The position numbers and the translations under genes were made by a program. The notes beneath the pieces were generated by a model. The model searched no databases. It was given only the letters and a program-made list of their open reading frames with translations, and was not told the origin of the DNA. A stretch of DNA of 20,668 nucleotides from Ginkgo biloba (Eukaryota > Plantae > Ginkgophyta): NCBI GenBank assembly GCA_024626585.2, contig JANKJI020000002.1, positions 238,573,364 to 238,594,031 on the forward strand. Reading direction: 5' to 3'. Every line of letters starts with the position of its first letter. The stretch's first letter is position 1. Shown here piece by piece: positions 11,575-20,668 of this stretch.

Positions 11575-12019
11575 CCCCCCCTTAATGGCCATTTTGTTGG
11601 CCACAACAAAAAGTGTTTTTCTAAATGTTTCAAATTTATCTTTGCAGAGAGGTTTGGTGAAGATATCCTCAGTCTGATCCTATGTTGCACAATATATTAC
11701 CTCTATCACTCCATCCTACACCTTTTGTGGAATGAAGTAGTGGTGAATCTCAATATGTTTTGTTCTAGCATGAAACACTGGATTCTTCACAAGCTTTATC
11801 ATACTTTGGTTGTCGCAATATAATGGAGTAGCTTGCTTTTGCTTCATCTTTAAATCTTCAAGAATCCTTCTAAATTGGACTGCCTCACATGCTGCGGTTA
11901 CTGCTGCTTTATACTCTGCCTCTGTGGAAGAAAGAGAAACTGTAGACTACTTGCTTATCCACGAGACAACACCTGTACCCATGCTAAAGGCATAACTAGA
12001 TGTTGACTTCCTGTCATCT
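11575..12019 (-). mobile_element. Ty1/copia retrotransposon RNase H domain and polypurine tract (pseudogenised)
   Basis: DDRKSTSSYAFSMGTGVVSWISK*STVSLSSTEAEYKAA...LYCDNQSMIKLVKNPVFHARTKHIEIHHYFI...DQTEDIFTKPL. PPT AAGGGGGGG at about 11575-11583, followed by TGTA. Internal stops present. Confidence 0.95.
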
Positions 12020-12132
12020 NNNNNNNNNNNNNNNNNNNNNNNNNNNNNNNNNNNNNNNNNNNNNNNNNNNNNNNNNNNNNNNNNNNNNNNNNNNNNNNNN
12101 NNNNNNNNNNNNNNNNNNNTTGTTTTCTGCTT

Positions 12133-12175
12133 CTGTCGTTCGTCGAACGATGGTGCATCGTTCGACGAACGACAG
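12133..12175. repeat. Perfect 20-bp inverted repeat with 3-nt loop; each arm is itself a near-palindrome
   Basis: CTGTCGTTCGTCGAACGATG-gtg-CATCGTTCGACGAACGACAG; arms at 12133-12152 and 12156-12175 are exact reverse complements. Confidence 0.95.
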
Positions 12176-12977
12176 TGTATTTTCTCACTGTTCTTTGTTT
12201 TCACTGCTGCGTTCGCTGCTGCCTCTGCTGCTGTGCTTTTCTGCCGTCGACACCTGCATATAAGGAAGCTCCCATAGGTTGAGGTTGATAATGTGGTATT
12301 TGCAGCTTGGGTGGAGGAATGATTCAAAAAGTCTCTTTTATCATTGGGATGCCATGCTTTGTGTACCAATTTCCTTATAATGTGGTATCATTATTGGTCA
12401 GATGCCTGGCAGGAAATTTACAGCACCCTGCAGATTGAAGTCAAAGAAGTTCTTTTTGATAAAGTACGGCCTTGAGGGCATGGTAAAAAACTTCTTCCAG
12501 CGAATTTCAGGTAACAAATCCAACTGAGACTGGAAATAGGAATAGGCCTCCATTGAACTGAACATTATTGTTAATTCAAAACCCTATATCTCTGATTTGA
12601 TAGAATACTGGTAAAATTCATCAATAAAATCACAAACTGTTTGACTAGGTGCTTGTCGGAGTTGAGGCAATTGATGAAGGAAACTATTGATGTAACAGAT
12701 TGGATTGAACTTCTTTGTAGTTCTCTTGAATTCCGGCCAGTGACAACCCTTGAGTTTGGGGTTGCTACCATGAGAAGCCTTGTGTCCCATTTTCAAGCAA
12801 GCAAAAATTACCCATTGTTCATTTGTATAAGATTGACAAGAAAGAACATCACATATGGACATTTGGTGTCATGTCTATACTAACTTATATTCATAATGCA
12901 CAGTGATCTTGGAAACTCTAATATCAGCAACAGTTTAACAAGCAAATATACTACAGAGCCACATATTCACTTTGCAG

Positions 12978-13005
12978 AGTGGTGCCGACCGACCATGTGT
13001 AGAAG
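12978..13005 (+). other. Candidate 28-nt 5' UTR exon of the JMJ gene
   Basis: Flanked by TTCACTTTGCAG and AAG|GTTTGA, and GC-richer than its flanks. Splice signals are the only support. Confidence 0.3.
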
Positions 13006-13309
13006 GTTTGAGTGTTGTTTTATTCATTCTTGAAGCGGTGTTTCTATTGCTGCAATGATTATGTTATTGTTCTCTGTATATTCTTCATGAAATTGTTTCA
13101 TGGATTGGTCCATGTTAGCTAGTACCTTGTTTGCAAGGAGTTCTTGTGGACCAGAAACCATGTGTCCAGTTGGGCACGAAACTGGTTCTGAATGTCACCT
13201 AAGCAGCTTGTTACTGTTTCTTAAAATTCTGCATTGGCGCCAGGTGGAGTTTATGCATCACCTCTAACATTTTGTTAATTTTAATTGGTTTGCCTTGGAT
13301 GATCCAGAT

Positions 13310-14000
13310 GATCCAATTTGAGGTGTTAATGAGAGCATGTTCGTATGCACCTTGAAAGGGGCTTAATCTAGTGGATGTGTGGTAAGAGTTGTTGTAGGCG
13401 AATTCGAATACCTCTCAGGACCACAATTTATTGTGAACGTAATTCCATAATATATCTTTTAAAACTTGGTTGACATATAAATATGGTACTTCGAATTTTG
13501 TCAGTGAATTTAGCATTGTGATTAGAAGCAATATAGCAGACCATGGAAACAAATAATATGTTTAGGAATACATTGTATATAATGTGGATGGTATGTGTCT
13601 TTGTATGTGGTATGAAGTGGGCCATTCTAGATTATTAGTAAATAAACACAAGAATTTGGTTATTGTGACTTGACTGATGTAAGTTGGTTATGAAATCCAG
13701 AGAGACACATTTGCATCATTGTGGGGAATATGGAGTGGTTGTAGTAATCCCACTGGAAGCTTCCCTTCTACTCTGTTACATTGGCAGTGCAAATAGTATT
13801 TCACAAAGATGTTGGCGTCAGTCTACACGTTCAGCCAAACATATGATTGTGTAACAAGGAGATATGTGTGCAAATCCCAGGGGTGCAACTATTGGTTGTG
13901 ACATTCTGATATTATTTGTTTGTGGAATTTTGTATCAAATGAAACACAAAGTTGATTTTTAAAGAATACTATTTCATTGTGGACATGATACGGGGTATAT
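13310..14000 (-). mobile_element. Degenerate Ty3/gypsy integrase fragment upstream of the first coding exon (probably in a 5' UTR intron)
   Basis: Minus strand: zinc-finger remnant (QIISECHNQ, LHCQ), GLLQPLHIP, VSLDFITNL, MAHFIP and EFAYNNSYHTSTRLSPFQ. Confidence 0.85.
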
Positions 14001-14905
14001 AAGGAGATTACAATGTTTATATTCATTTATTTGACATATGTTTCTCTTTCTAAGCTTCATGGAGTAGCACCTTTCAATGATTCGTAACTTTTGTTCTGTA
14101 TTTTCATGGAGGGAGGATGTACTATCAAAAATTGTTTTCATACTTCTACCTTGTAATTGTAGTACTCTATATTGNNNNNNNNNNNNNNNNNNNNNNNNNN
14201 NNNNNNNNNNNNNNNNNNNNNNNNNNNNNNNNNNNNNNNNNNNNNNNNNNNNNNNNNNNNNNNNNNNNNNNNNNTTAGCTTATTTGATACCTTTATCCAC
14301 TTTGAGGCTAGACTAGAGCTTGAAAGTAGAATAGTGATGCATGCTCAATCACCTTCACATTCCCCTCTTGTCACATCGACCTGCACACAAATCAAACATA
14401 GTTATATAAGTTGACCTTGATTTTCATTCGTAGTTGATCTTTGTCATTCAACACATTGACCATATATGGTCCATTGGACGACTACAATCATGTTTTGGAA
14501 AGATCACCTACTGACAACATAAGTTCTTATATTAGGAAAATAAAAAAAATCAAATGCAACTCCCTTTACTTTAGTCATAAGGTCATTAGTTTCATATGAC
14601 TGAAGGTGTTATTATGTGTAGTTTAGAAACCCTAGCCTTTGGCCACATGCTAATCCTTGTGGAAAGATAGTATGGAGCTATATGAAAAAGAATATAATTA
14701 ACATTATTGGAACAAGAGAAAGAAGGCAAAATATGGTACTTGAATAACAATCTTGAGTGAGAATTCACTGAGAAATATCAAAGATCTGATTTTTATTCTC
14801 TTTGAAACAGAATATTGGCTATTTAGTTTGTAGGAAAAGGAGATTCATCAAAACTTATCTATTTAAGCATTCTCAGAATTCTAAATTCTGTGGTTGCAGA
14901 TATTG

Positions 14906-14962
14906 ATGACGGGATCAGGTTGTTTTGAAACATGCATAAACGAGAAGGAAACCAAAAGACTG
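14906..14962 (+). CDS. Predicted first coding exon of the JMJ16-like gene (MTGSGCFETCINEKETKRL)
   Basis: Acceptor TTGCAG ends at 14899, ATG at 14906, phase-0 donor GTAAGC at 14963. Joins in frame to 15064. Model inferred. Confidence 0.45.
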
Positions 14963-15063
14963 GTAAGCTCTGTGAAATGATGAGCAACTTGTACTAGGAA
15001 AGTGTCATCAGTGATGCATGTCTTAATTACGGCCAAGATTTGAAAACTTGTCCTGCACAACAG

Positions 15064-15186
15064 ATGCATACTCATGCAGACTGTAGCAGTGATGAGGAGA
15101 TTAGATTTGTTGGGTGTAGACCTTGGATAAACTATGGGAAACCTGATAGTTGCTCACAGTATGTAAACTTGGAACAACCTTTCCAG
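15064..15186 (+). CDS. JMJ16: KDM5/PKDM7 (JMJ16/JMJ703-like) H3K4 demethylase, N-terminal exon
   Basis: MHTHADCSSDEEIRFVGCRPWINYGKPDSCSQYVNLEQPFQ. RPWINY is characteristic of the JMJ16/JMJ703 N-terminus. Phase-0 donor CAG|GTATGT. Exon start uncertain; the symbol marks the closest subgroup, not proven orthology. Confidence 0.75.
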
Positions 15187-15517
15187 GTATGTCGATTTTG
15201 GATGTTATCCTCTGTATGCACGTGTATCTAGATATGGGCAGCCTCTTGGTATCTCTTGTTGAAAATACAGTTATTTGATATCATCTTTTTTTGAACTCTT
15301 ATCCACATTATTGGCGTACTTGTAGTGAAATGGAGCTATTTGAATTGGTCTTATTGGAATTGGTTTATGTCCAGTCTGTGAAACTAGACCAGAATCTTGT
15401 TTGGGGGAAGATGTATTTCCTTTCAGGATAGCTAAAATTTGAATTGCCCTAGTGGAACATATAAAGTTTTCCTTCTGAATTTTATCCTGGTTTTCTAAAG
15501 AAAAGCATACTTTTCAG

Positions 15518-15589
15518 GATTATTCTTCAAAACTAACTTTGCCTAAGGGAGTTATTCGTGGATGCTTGAGATGCAATGACTGCCAGAAG
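15518..15589 (+). CDS. JMJ16: JMJ16-like demethylase exon (DYSSKLTLPKGVIRGCLRCNDCQK)
   Basis: TTTTCAG acceptor and AAG|GTAATT donor, phase 0/0. Conserved LPKGVIRGC..C..CQK motif. Confidence 0.92.
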
Positions 15590-15699
15590 GTAATTTTGGA
15601 ATTATCTTCGGGAATCTCTTTACTCATTTCACTTGAGTTCATGTCTTAACACTACTTTGTGGATGATGCATTTTTCTATCCTCATTTAATGTCAAACAG

Positions 15700-15777
15700 G
15701 TGTCAGCACGATGGCTCCCAGAAGGAGGATGCAGGCCTGCACTTGATACAGCACCAGTATTTTACCCAAAGGATGAG
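15700..15777 (+). CDS. JMJ16: JMJ16-like demethylase exon, start of JmjN (VSARWLPEGGCRPALDTAPVFYPKDE)
   Basis: AAACAG acceptor and GAG|GTTGGT donor, phase 0/0. V.ARW.P...RP....APVFYP motif. Confidence 0.93.
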
Positions 15778-15952
15778 GTTGGTAAACTGTGTAGCATATG
15801 GAAGTTTGGATATTTCACTTATTTTGTATGTGGCTGGTAGTTAATTGCCTGTTTTGGGTTCGGGCACCTTCTGTTATAAGTGGCTTCTTGTGTATTGGGT
15901 CCTTTGATGATAAAATGCTTTTCACACTTATTCATGATGATCTGGCTTCCAG

Positions 15953-15973
15953 GAGTTCAAGGACACACTAAAG
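15953..15973 (+). CDS. JMJ16: JMJ16-like demethylase JmjN exon start (EFKDTLK), truncated by an assembly gap
   Basis: CTTCCAG acceptor. EFKDTLK continues APVFYPKDE in frame, matching JmjN EEF.DTL.YI. Confidence 0.88.
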
Positions 15974-16073
15974 NNNNNNNNNNNNNNNNNNNNNNNNNNN
16001 NNNNNNNNNNNNNNNNNNNNNNNNNNNNNNNNNNNNNNNNNNNNNNNNNNNNNNNNNNNNNNNNNNNNNNNNN

Positions 16074-16341
16074 TAGCACTTCCACATTCGTGGCAACTAG
16101 TTAATGATTTGGTGGCTACTATTCGCTTGATGTGTGTGTGGGTGATGCCCGAAAAGCCCTACAGGACAAAGTCTATTTTCAAGCAAAAGATTTGGTGACA
16201 TGGGTTGTAGAGGATTCGTTCCTTGCACTTCAAGACCTTGTTGAAAAGTCTTTGGAGCAATTCGATTCTAGGAAGAAAATGTCTTCTCAAATATATTCTG
16301 AAAACCAGACAACAAATGCTTTGTCTTCGTGTCTTACCCAG
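16074..16341 (+). mobile_element. Possible LINE (L1/Tx1-like) C-terminal fragment in an intron
   Basis: DLVATIRLMCVWVM, then a frameshift to RKALQDKVYFQ, resembles the W..IR...W.IWKARND.VF C-terminal motif of plant LINE ORF2. No JMJ similarity seen. Confidence 0.35.
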
Positions 16342-17187
16342 NNNNNNNNNNNNNNNNNNNNNNNNGTTCAATACTGCCAACAACCTAATGACACTTTGAC
16401 AAGTCATGATATGTGCTTTACACAAGCTGTTGGATTCTCACATACTGTTTTTTCGATAGTTGAGGGACCACCACATATCTGTATCTGCCAACAAGTGGGA
16501 TTATTAGGTGGACATATTTCTTCCACCAAGAAATTGGTCTATCAAGGCTTCAGGTGTGTAAGAATCCCAATACCAAAATATACGAGAAGGAATTTACATA
16601 GAGTGAATACTTACAGCCGAGCAATAATTCGTTAGATGTATCAGTTGGGGTCCTTTTACAGAGATTCGTGGAAATATAACCAGCTATAGAAATCGGCCAT
16701 ATTCAGCTAAATGAGTGATGGTTTGGATTTACACTTCTGATTTTTTTGGGTTGCAGGCAATCTGAGGCTTCTAGCTGCTGACATCGTGGCCGATTACGAA
16801 ACTGGCGAGTATGTCAGTCTGAATATACACCCTCTCAATTGTTCCGTTTTATGCATATTATTTTATTGTTTTCCACCATAAAAATTGGTTTGGCCAGACG
16901 TTAGTGCGGCAATTGCCAACTGTAGTCATCGTTTTAAATCTCACGGGGTCCTTCCCTGCACGCATGCAACTACTTTAGCCTGGACGGCAAAAGGGGCTGT
17001 TTCAGGCAATGGGAAACTGGGGTTTCTATCTCCTTGGAGGGCTTGAACTTACCGTGGCTTCGTTATTTTGTTTTTCAGCCCTATCTTGTGCTGGGCAGTT
17101 ATTCGACTTTAGTAATTGGTTTCCTAGACATATCTGAAGATAAATTTGCAGTTGTTGCAGAAATCACAATTACTTCTAATTTTACAG

Positions 17188-17486
17188 ATAACGATTCTTC
17201 TACAGAGAACATTGAAGGCAAATATTGGTGCATGGTTGAGAAACCAACTGATCAAATGAAGGTATTATACGGAGCAGATGTGGAGACTAGGGGATTTAGG
17301 AGTGGGTTTCCAAAAGAAACATTTAAGGCACCACCAGAAGCTGTGGATCCTTATGTGATGTCAGGCTGGAATCTGAACAACATTGCAAGGCTGCCTGGGT
17401 CAATGCTTTCTTTTGAAGAAGGAGACATTTCTGGGGTGGTAGTCCCATGGCTTTACATTGGAATGTGCTTTTCATCATTTTGCTGG
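17188..17486 (+). CDS. JMJ16: JMJ16-like demethylase exon encoding the pre-JmjC segment and N-terminal half of JmjC
   Basis: ENIEGKYWCMVEKPTDQMKVLYGADVETRGFRSGFPK...SGWNLNNIARLPGSMLSFEEGDISGVVVPWLYIGMCFSSFCW, then donor TGG|GTAAGC at 17487. The best acceptor is CTAATTTTACAG ending at 17187; alternatives end at 17160 and 17205 in the same phase. Confidence 0.93.
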
Positions 17487-20045
17487 GTAAGCATGGATGG
17501 CACTGGCATTTCTTTTTGATCAAAGGTTTTCTGTGTGCTAAACAAACTAAACATCCTTCTTTAAAGGCATATACCAGTACTCATTGTTTCTTCCCCATCC
17601 AATATTTGTTGTGTTTCTTTTTATGCATCAATCTTTCTGTTAAAAGCTAATAATACTCCCAACATTTTATTTTCTACACAATTCTCACTTGAACCATACA
17701 GGTGAAACTAATTTGACTTCATGGAGAATTTAAGGACGTCAAAGCTCTGGAAAATGATTCTCTAGGCACAAAGGAAACTCTAGAACATTCAAATGGACCA
17801 AAAGTTCCAGAGATACAAGCTAAAGCTTGGAAGCTATAATAGCATGGGTGAAGTTGCATTTCAGCATGTAATTTAAAATTGAGTTCAGAAGTAGCATAAT
17901 CGCTCAATTATTGAGTAAAAAAATTACAAATGGCACATTTGAATCCCTCTGATTTTATGTAGGATCGAGACTATCCTTGGAATGTAGAAATAGAATGAAG
18001 TCAATAGTACAGGACTTGACAATTTCTATGTTTCATCATAGAAGCTTCTCTCTTGTCACTGGATATTGGTGACACACAGTTCAAACAAATGGTTGATAGG
18101 CCTAGATACCATGAGTGTTGCTACACCTTGTTCCCCTATATGTGGCCTTTATAGTCCACATGTAATGACTCAAGCATAATTTCTACTAGGGTTTACATTA
18201 TCATACAAACAATCAACTTGTAAAAGTGAAAAATAGAAAACTCCACAAATTTGTGTGCTGGAAAGGAACAGCGTCACTTGAAGTTGGACTGCTCAAGTCC
18301 AATATTTCTTGCATTGCTGCTGTTGTCAATTGGACAAAGTGCCGATCTTCTATCTTATCAAGTTTGAAACATTTGCTGACTTTCAGCAAATTTGAGAAAA
18401 GATTAATGATATCAACCTCCTTCTTTTCTAAGGAAGTCCTTTGCATTTCTTGATGAAGTTCTATGGTCTGCAATTACCCTAAATTTGACTTCCAGTTATA
18501 CATATTACAAAAGAAACTAGTTTGTATCATCACACCTAGGTATTGGCAAGCTGGTGGTTACATGGGAAGCACCATGTGACTAGTCAGTCCTTGTCACTGG
18601 AAGAGACCTGGCAGGGATGCATCCAGTGATTGCTTGGGGTGAGCTGAGTGACACTTTGCAATGACCTCAAGGGGGCTGTCTATGTTTCTCCAATTGAGGG
18701 TTGAGCATCAGGGAAACATGGAAGAGAGAAGGAGCATCATGACCTTTTAGGAAATGGAAACCGAAATTGGTCTATTTCTGGCCTAGAGACGTCTTATATA
18801 ATCAGGGTTATAGGGAGACTAAAAATTAAGGTTTAGGCATATTTTGGAATAACAGTGAGAACTTTCTGGATCAANNNNNNNNNNNNNNNNNNNNNNNNNN
18901 NNNNNNNNNNNNNNNNNNNNNNNNNNNNNNNNNNNNNNNNNNNNNNNNNNNNNNNNNNNNNNNNNNNNNNNNNNNNNNNNNNNNNNNNNNNNNNNNNNNN
19001 NNNNNNNNNNNNNNNNNNNNNNNNNNNNNNNNNNNNNNNNNNNNNNNNNNNNNNNNNNNNNNNNNNNNNNNNNNNNNNNNNNNNNNNNNNNNNNNNNNNN
19101 NNNNNNNNNNNNNNNNNNNNNNNNNNNNNNNNNNNNNNNNNNNNNNNNNNNNNNNNNNNNNNNNNNNNNNNNNNNNNNNNNNNNNNNNNNNNNNNNNNNN
19201 NNNNNNNNNNNNNNNNNNNNNNNNNNNNNNNNNNNNNNNNNNNNNNNNNNNNNNNNNNNNNNNNNNNNNNNNNNNNNNNNNNNNNNNNNNNNNNNNNNNN
19301 NNNNNNNNNNNNNNNNNNNNNNNNNNNNNNNNNNNNNNNNNNNNNNNNNNNNNNNNNNNNNNNNNNNNNNNNNNNNNNNNNNNNNNNNNNNNNNNNNNNN
19401 NNNNNNNNNNNNNNNNNNNNNNNNNNNNNNNNNNNNNNNNNNNNNNNNNNNNNNNNNNNNNNNNNNNNNNNNNNNNNNNNNNNNNNNNNNNNNNNNNNNN
19501 NNNNNNNNNNNNNNNNNNNNNNNNNNNNNNNNNNNNNCTCTAGTTTGGTAACTTGGGAATCTATATTCAGCATCTGGTGCTGTGCTGGTTTAGATAACAA
19601 ATGAGGTTTCCCAATCACTAGCGGTGACAGTGGTTGCGATTGAGACTTGCAAATGGGCAGAAGCATTGACTAACATGTAATGAATTTGGATTTGGCAACA
19701 GGATTTGACGTCATCTAATGATAGTGGACTTTTCTGTGACAATATCATATAAGTTTTATTCATCTCAGGGATCTTGGCAACAACTTGGAAGTTGGATGAT
19801 TGACGAAATCTCGACAATGACCAAGTAAGGATCTCTCTATTCTTGTTGGATGATTTTCAAGTATTGGCAGGCAATGGAAAGCGGAAGGAAGACTAAGAGA
19901 GCCCGAGATACTCAAGATCATACTTCTTTAGATATTGTGACATAGGCAGGTGAGCACTAAGAACTCGTGTCAATATGTGATGTAAAAGACTTGTTTGCAA
20001 GACTAAGTGTTGAAGATAGAGAATCATTAATGGAAAGCACAACAA

Positions 20046-20530
20046 GTGGATCAAGTCCTACTAAGGAGAGCTGCAAAGGTGAAGCACAGAATGAAGGGAG
20101 AGTACTGGCAGTCTGATTTGGCAAAGAGTATCAAAAGGTCAAAGAGTGAGTTTGTGGCTTCAAGGGACACAATGCCCATCAGCAATGGTGGTGGAGGAGA
20201 GTCAAGTGGACCGAACTTTATTGATGACAGAACTTTGCCAAGTGGGTGGAGTGTGTTAGGTATAAGAGGAAATCTACCACCTTCAATACCTATGGCTCCA
20301 ACAAAAAGACAGAGGCTACCTGACTTGAGTGGGAATGGAAAAGAAGATCCCACTCAACATTGTAATTTCTATGAGACAATATGTATAGCTAATGGTGAGG
20401 AATGAGAATTATTGGCAAAGGCATTTCTAGTAACATTATGGGATATTGCTAATAATTTGTACAAGGAATTTCCTACTAATTATATTAAGCAATGGAAGTT
20501 TCTATAAAGGAATACAAATTAGAATTCAAG
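20046..20530 (+). mobile_element. Degenerate Ty3/gypsy gag (retrotransposon gag domain, Athila/Tat-like) fragment
   Basis: RLPDLSGNGKEDPTQHCNFYETICIANGEE*ELLAKAFLVTLWDIANNLYKEFPTNYIKQW matches the gag pattern LP.F.G...EDP..H...F......F..TL...A..W......I..W. In-frame stop at 20403-20405. Confidence 0.8.
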
Positions 20531-20668
20531 TTGTTGTGGAATGGTATCTTAGTCTGATCCGTATCTCAGTGGGTGAGTCAAAATTTTCCAATGTTACTAA
20601 CTACGGATTTATGTTTTTAAATTAAAATACTTAAAATTTTGTGTATCATCATGTATTTAGTCCCAATC

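Noticed and set aside
11947-12369. 140-aa ORF fusing an Ala-rich peptide to copia RNase H
   Set aside because: It spans a 100-N gap of unknown size, so the fusion is not supported.
14275-14519. Possible LTR fragment ending in CAACA
   Set aside because: Only a 5-bp terminus-like motif; the other end is in a gap and there is no PBS or PPT.
17034-17187. Hydrophobic N-terminal extension of the 161-aa JmjC ORF
   Set aside because: It starts at TTG, has no JMJ similarity and contains several acceptor sites; most likely intron read in frame.
18560-18629. Cluster of short palindromes (TGACTAGTCA; TCACTGGA/TCCAGTGA)
   Set aside because: Arms are only 5-8 bp and do not form a consistent structure.
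18833-19666. 277-aa and 249-aa ORFs
   Set aside because: Their length is an artefact of the roughly 660-N gap.
20542-20553. TGGTATCTTAG resembling a tRNA-Met PBS
   Set aside because: It lies downstream of gag, is not preceded by a CA LTR end and matches only 7 contiguous bases.
1-20668. CRISPR arrays, rRNA/tRNA genes, operons or prokaryotic defence/retron-type RT systems
   Set aside because: No regularly spaced repeats or RNA-gene signatures were seen. All RT motifs belong to eukaryotic LTR or LINE elements, and the gene has spliceosomal introns.

Overview
Draft-assembly eukaryotic DNA with about 12 N gaps, many exactly 100 N and so of unknown size. It is almost certainly a large-genome land plant; a fern-type lineage is my inference only. 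Bases 1-12 kb are a graveyard of decayed retroelements: two tandem Ty3/gypsy copies with a PBS and probable 5' LTR, LTR/PPT fragments, an eroded gypsy pol piece, an RTE-like LINE and the 3' end of a Ty1/copia element. From about 12.1 kb, the + strand carries the 5' half of an intron-rich KDM5/PKDM7 (JMJ16/JMJ703-like) histone H3K4 demethylase gene: RPWINY, LPKGVIRGC..C..CQK, the start of JmjN, and JmjC up to SSFCW. Its introns contain further retroelement fragments. The exon with the catalytic HxE motif is not visible. I see no convincing new multi-gene system. The most unusual signals are a perfect nested CpG-rich palindrome at 12133-12175, a JmjC exon whose 5' half alone carries methylation-type substitutions next to a CpG-retaining intronic island, and a predicted frame-rescuing intron plus overlapping uORF at the gene start. 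All motif assignments are by eye from family consensus, not from database searches.
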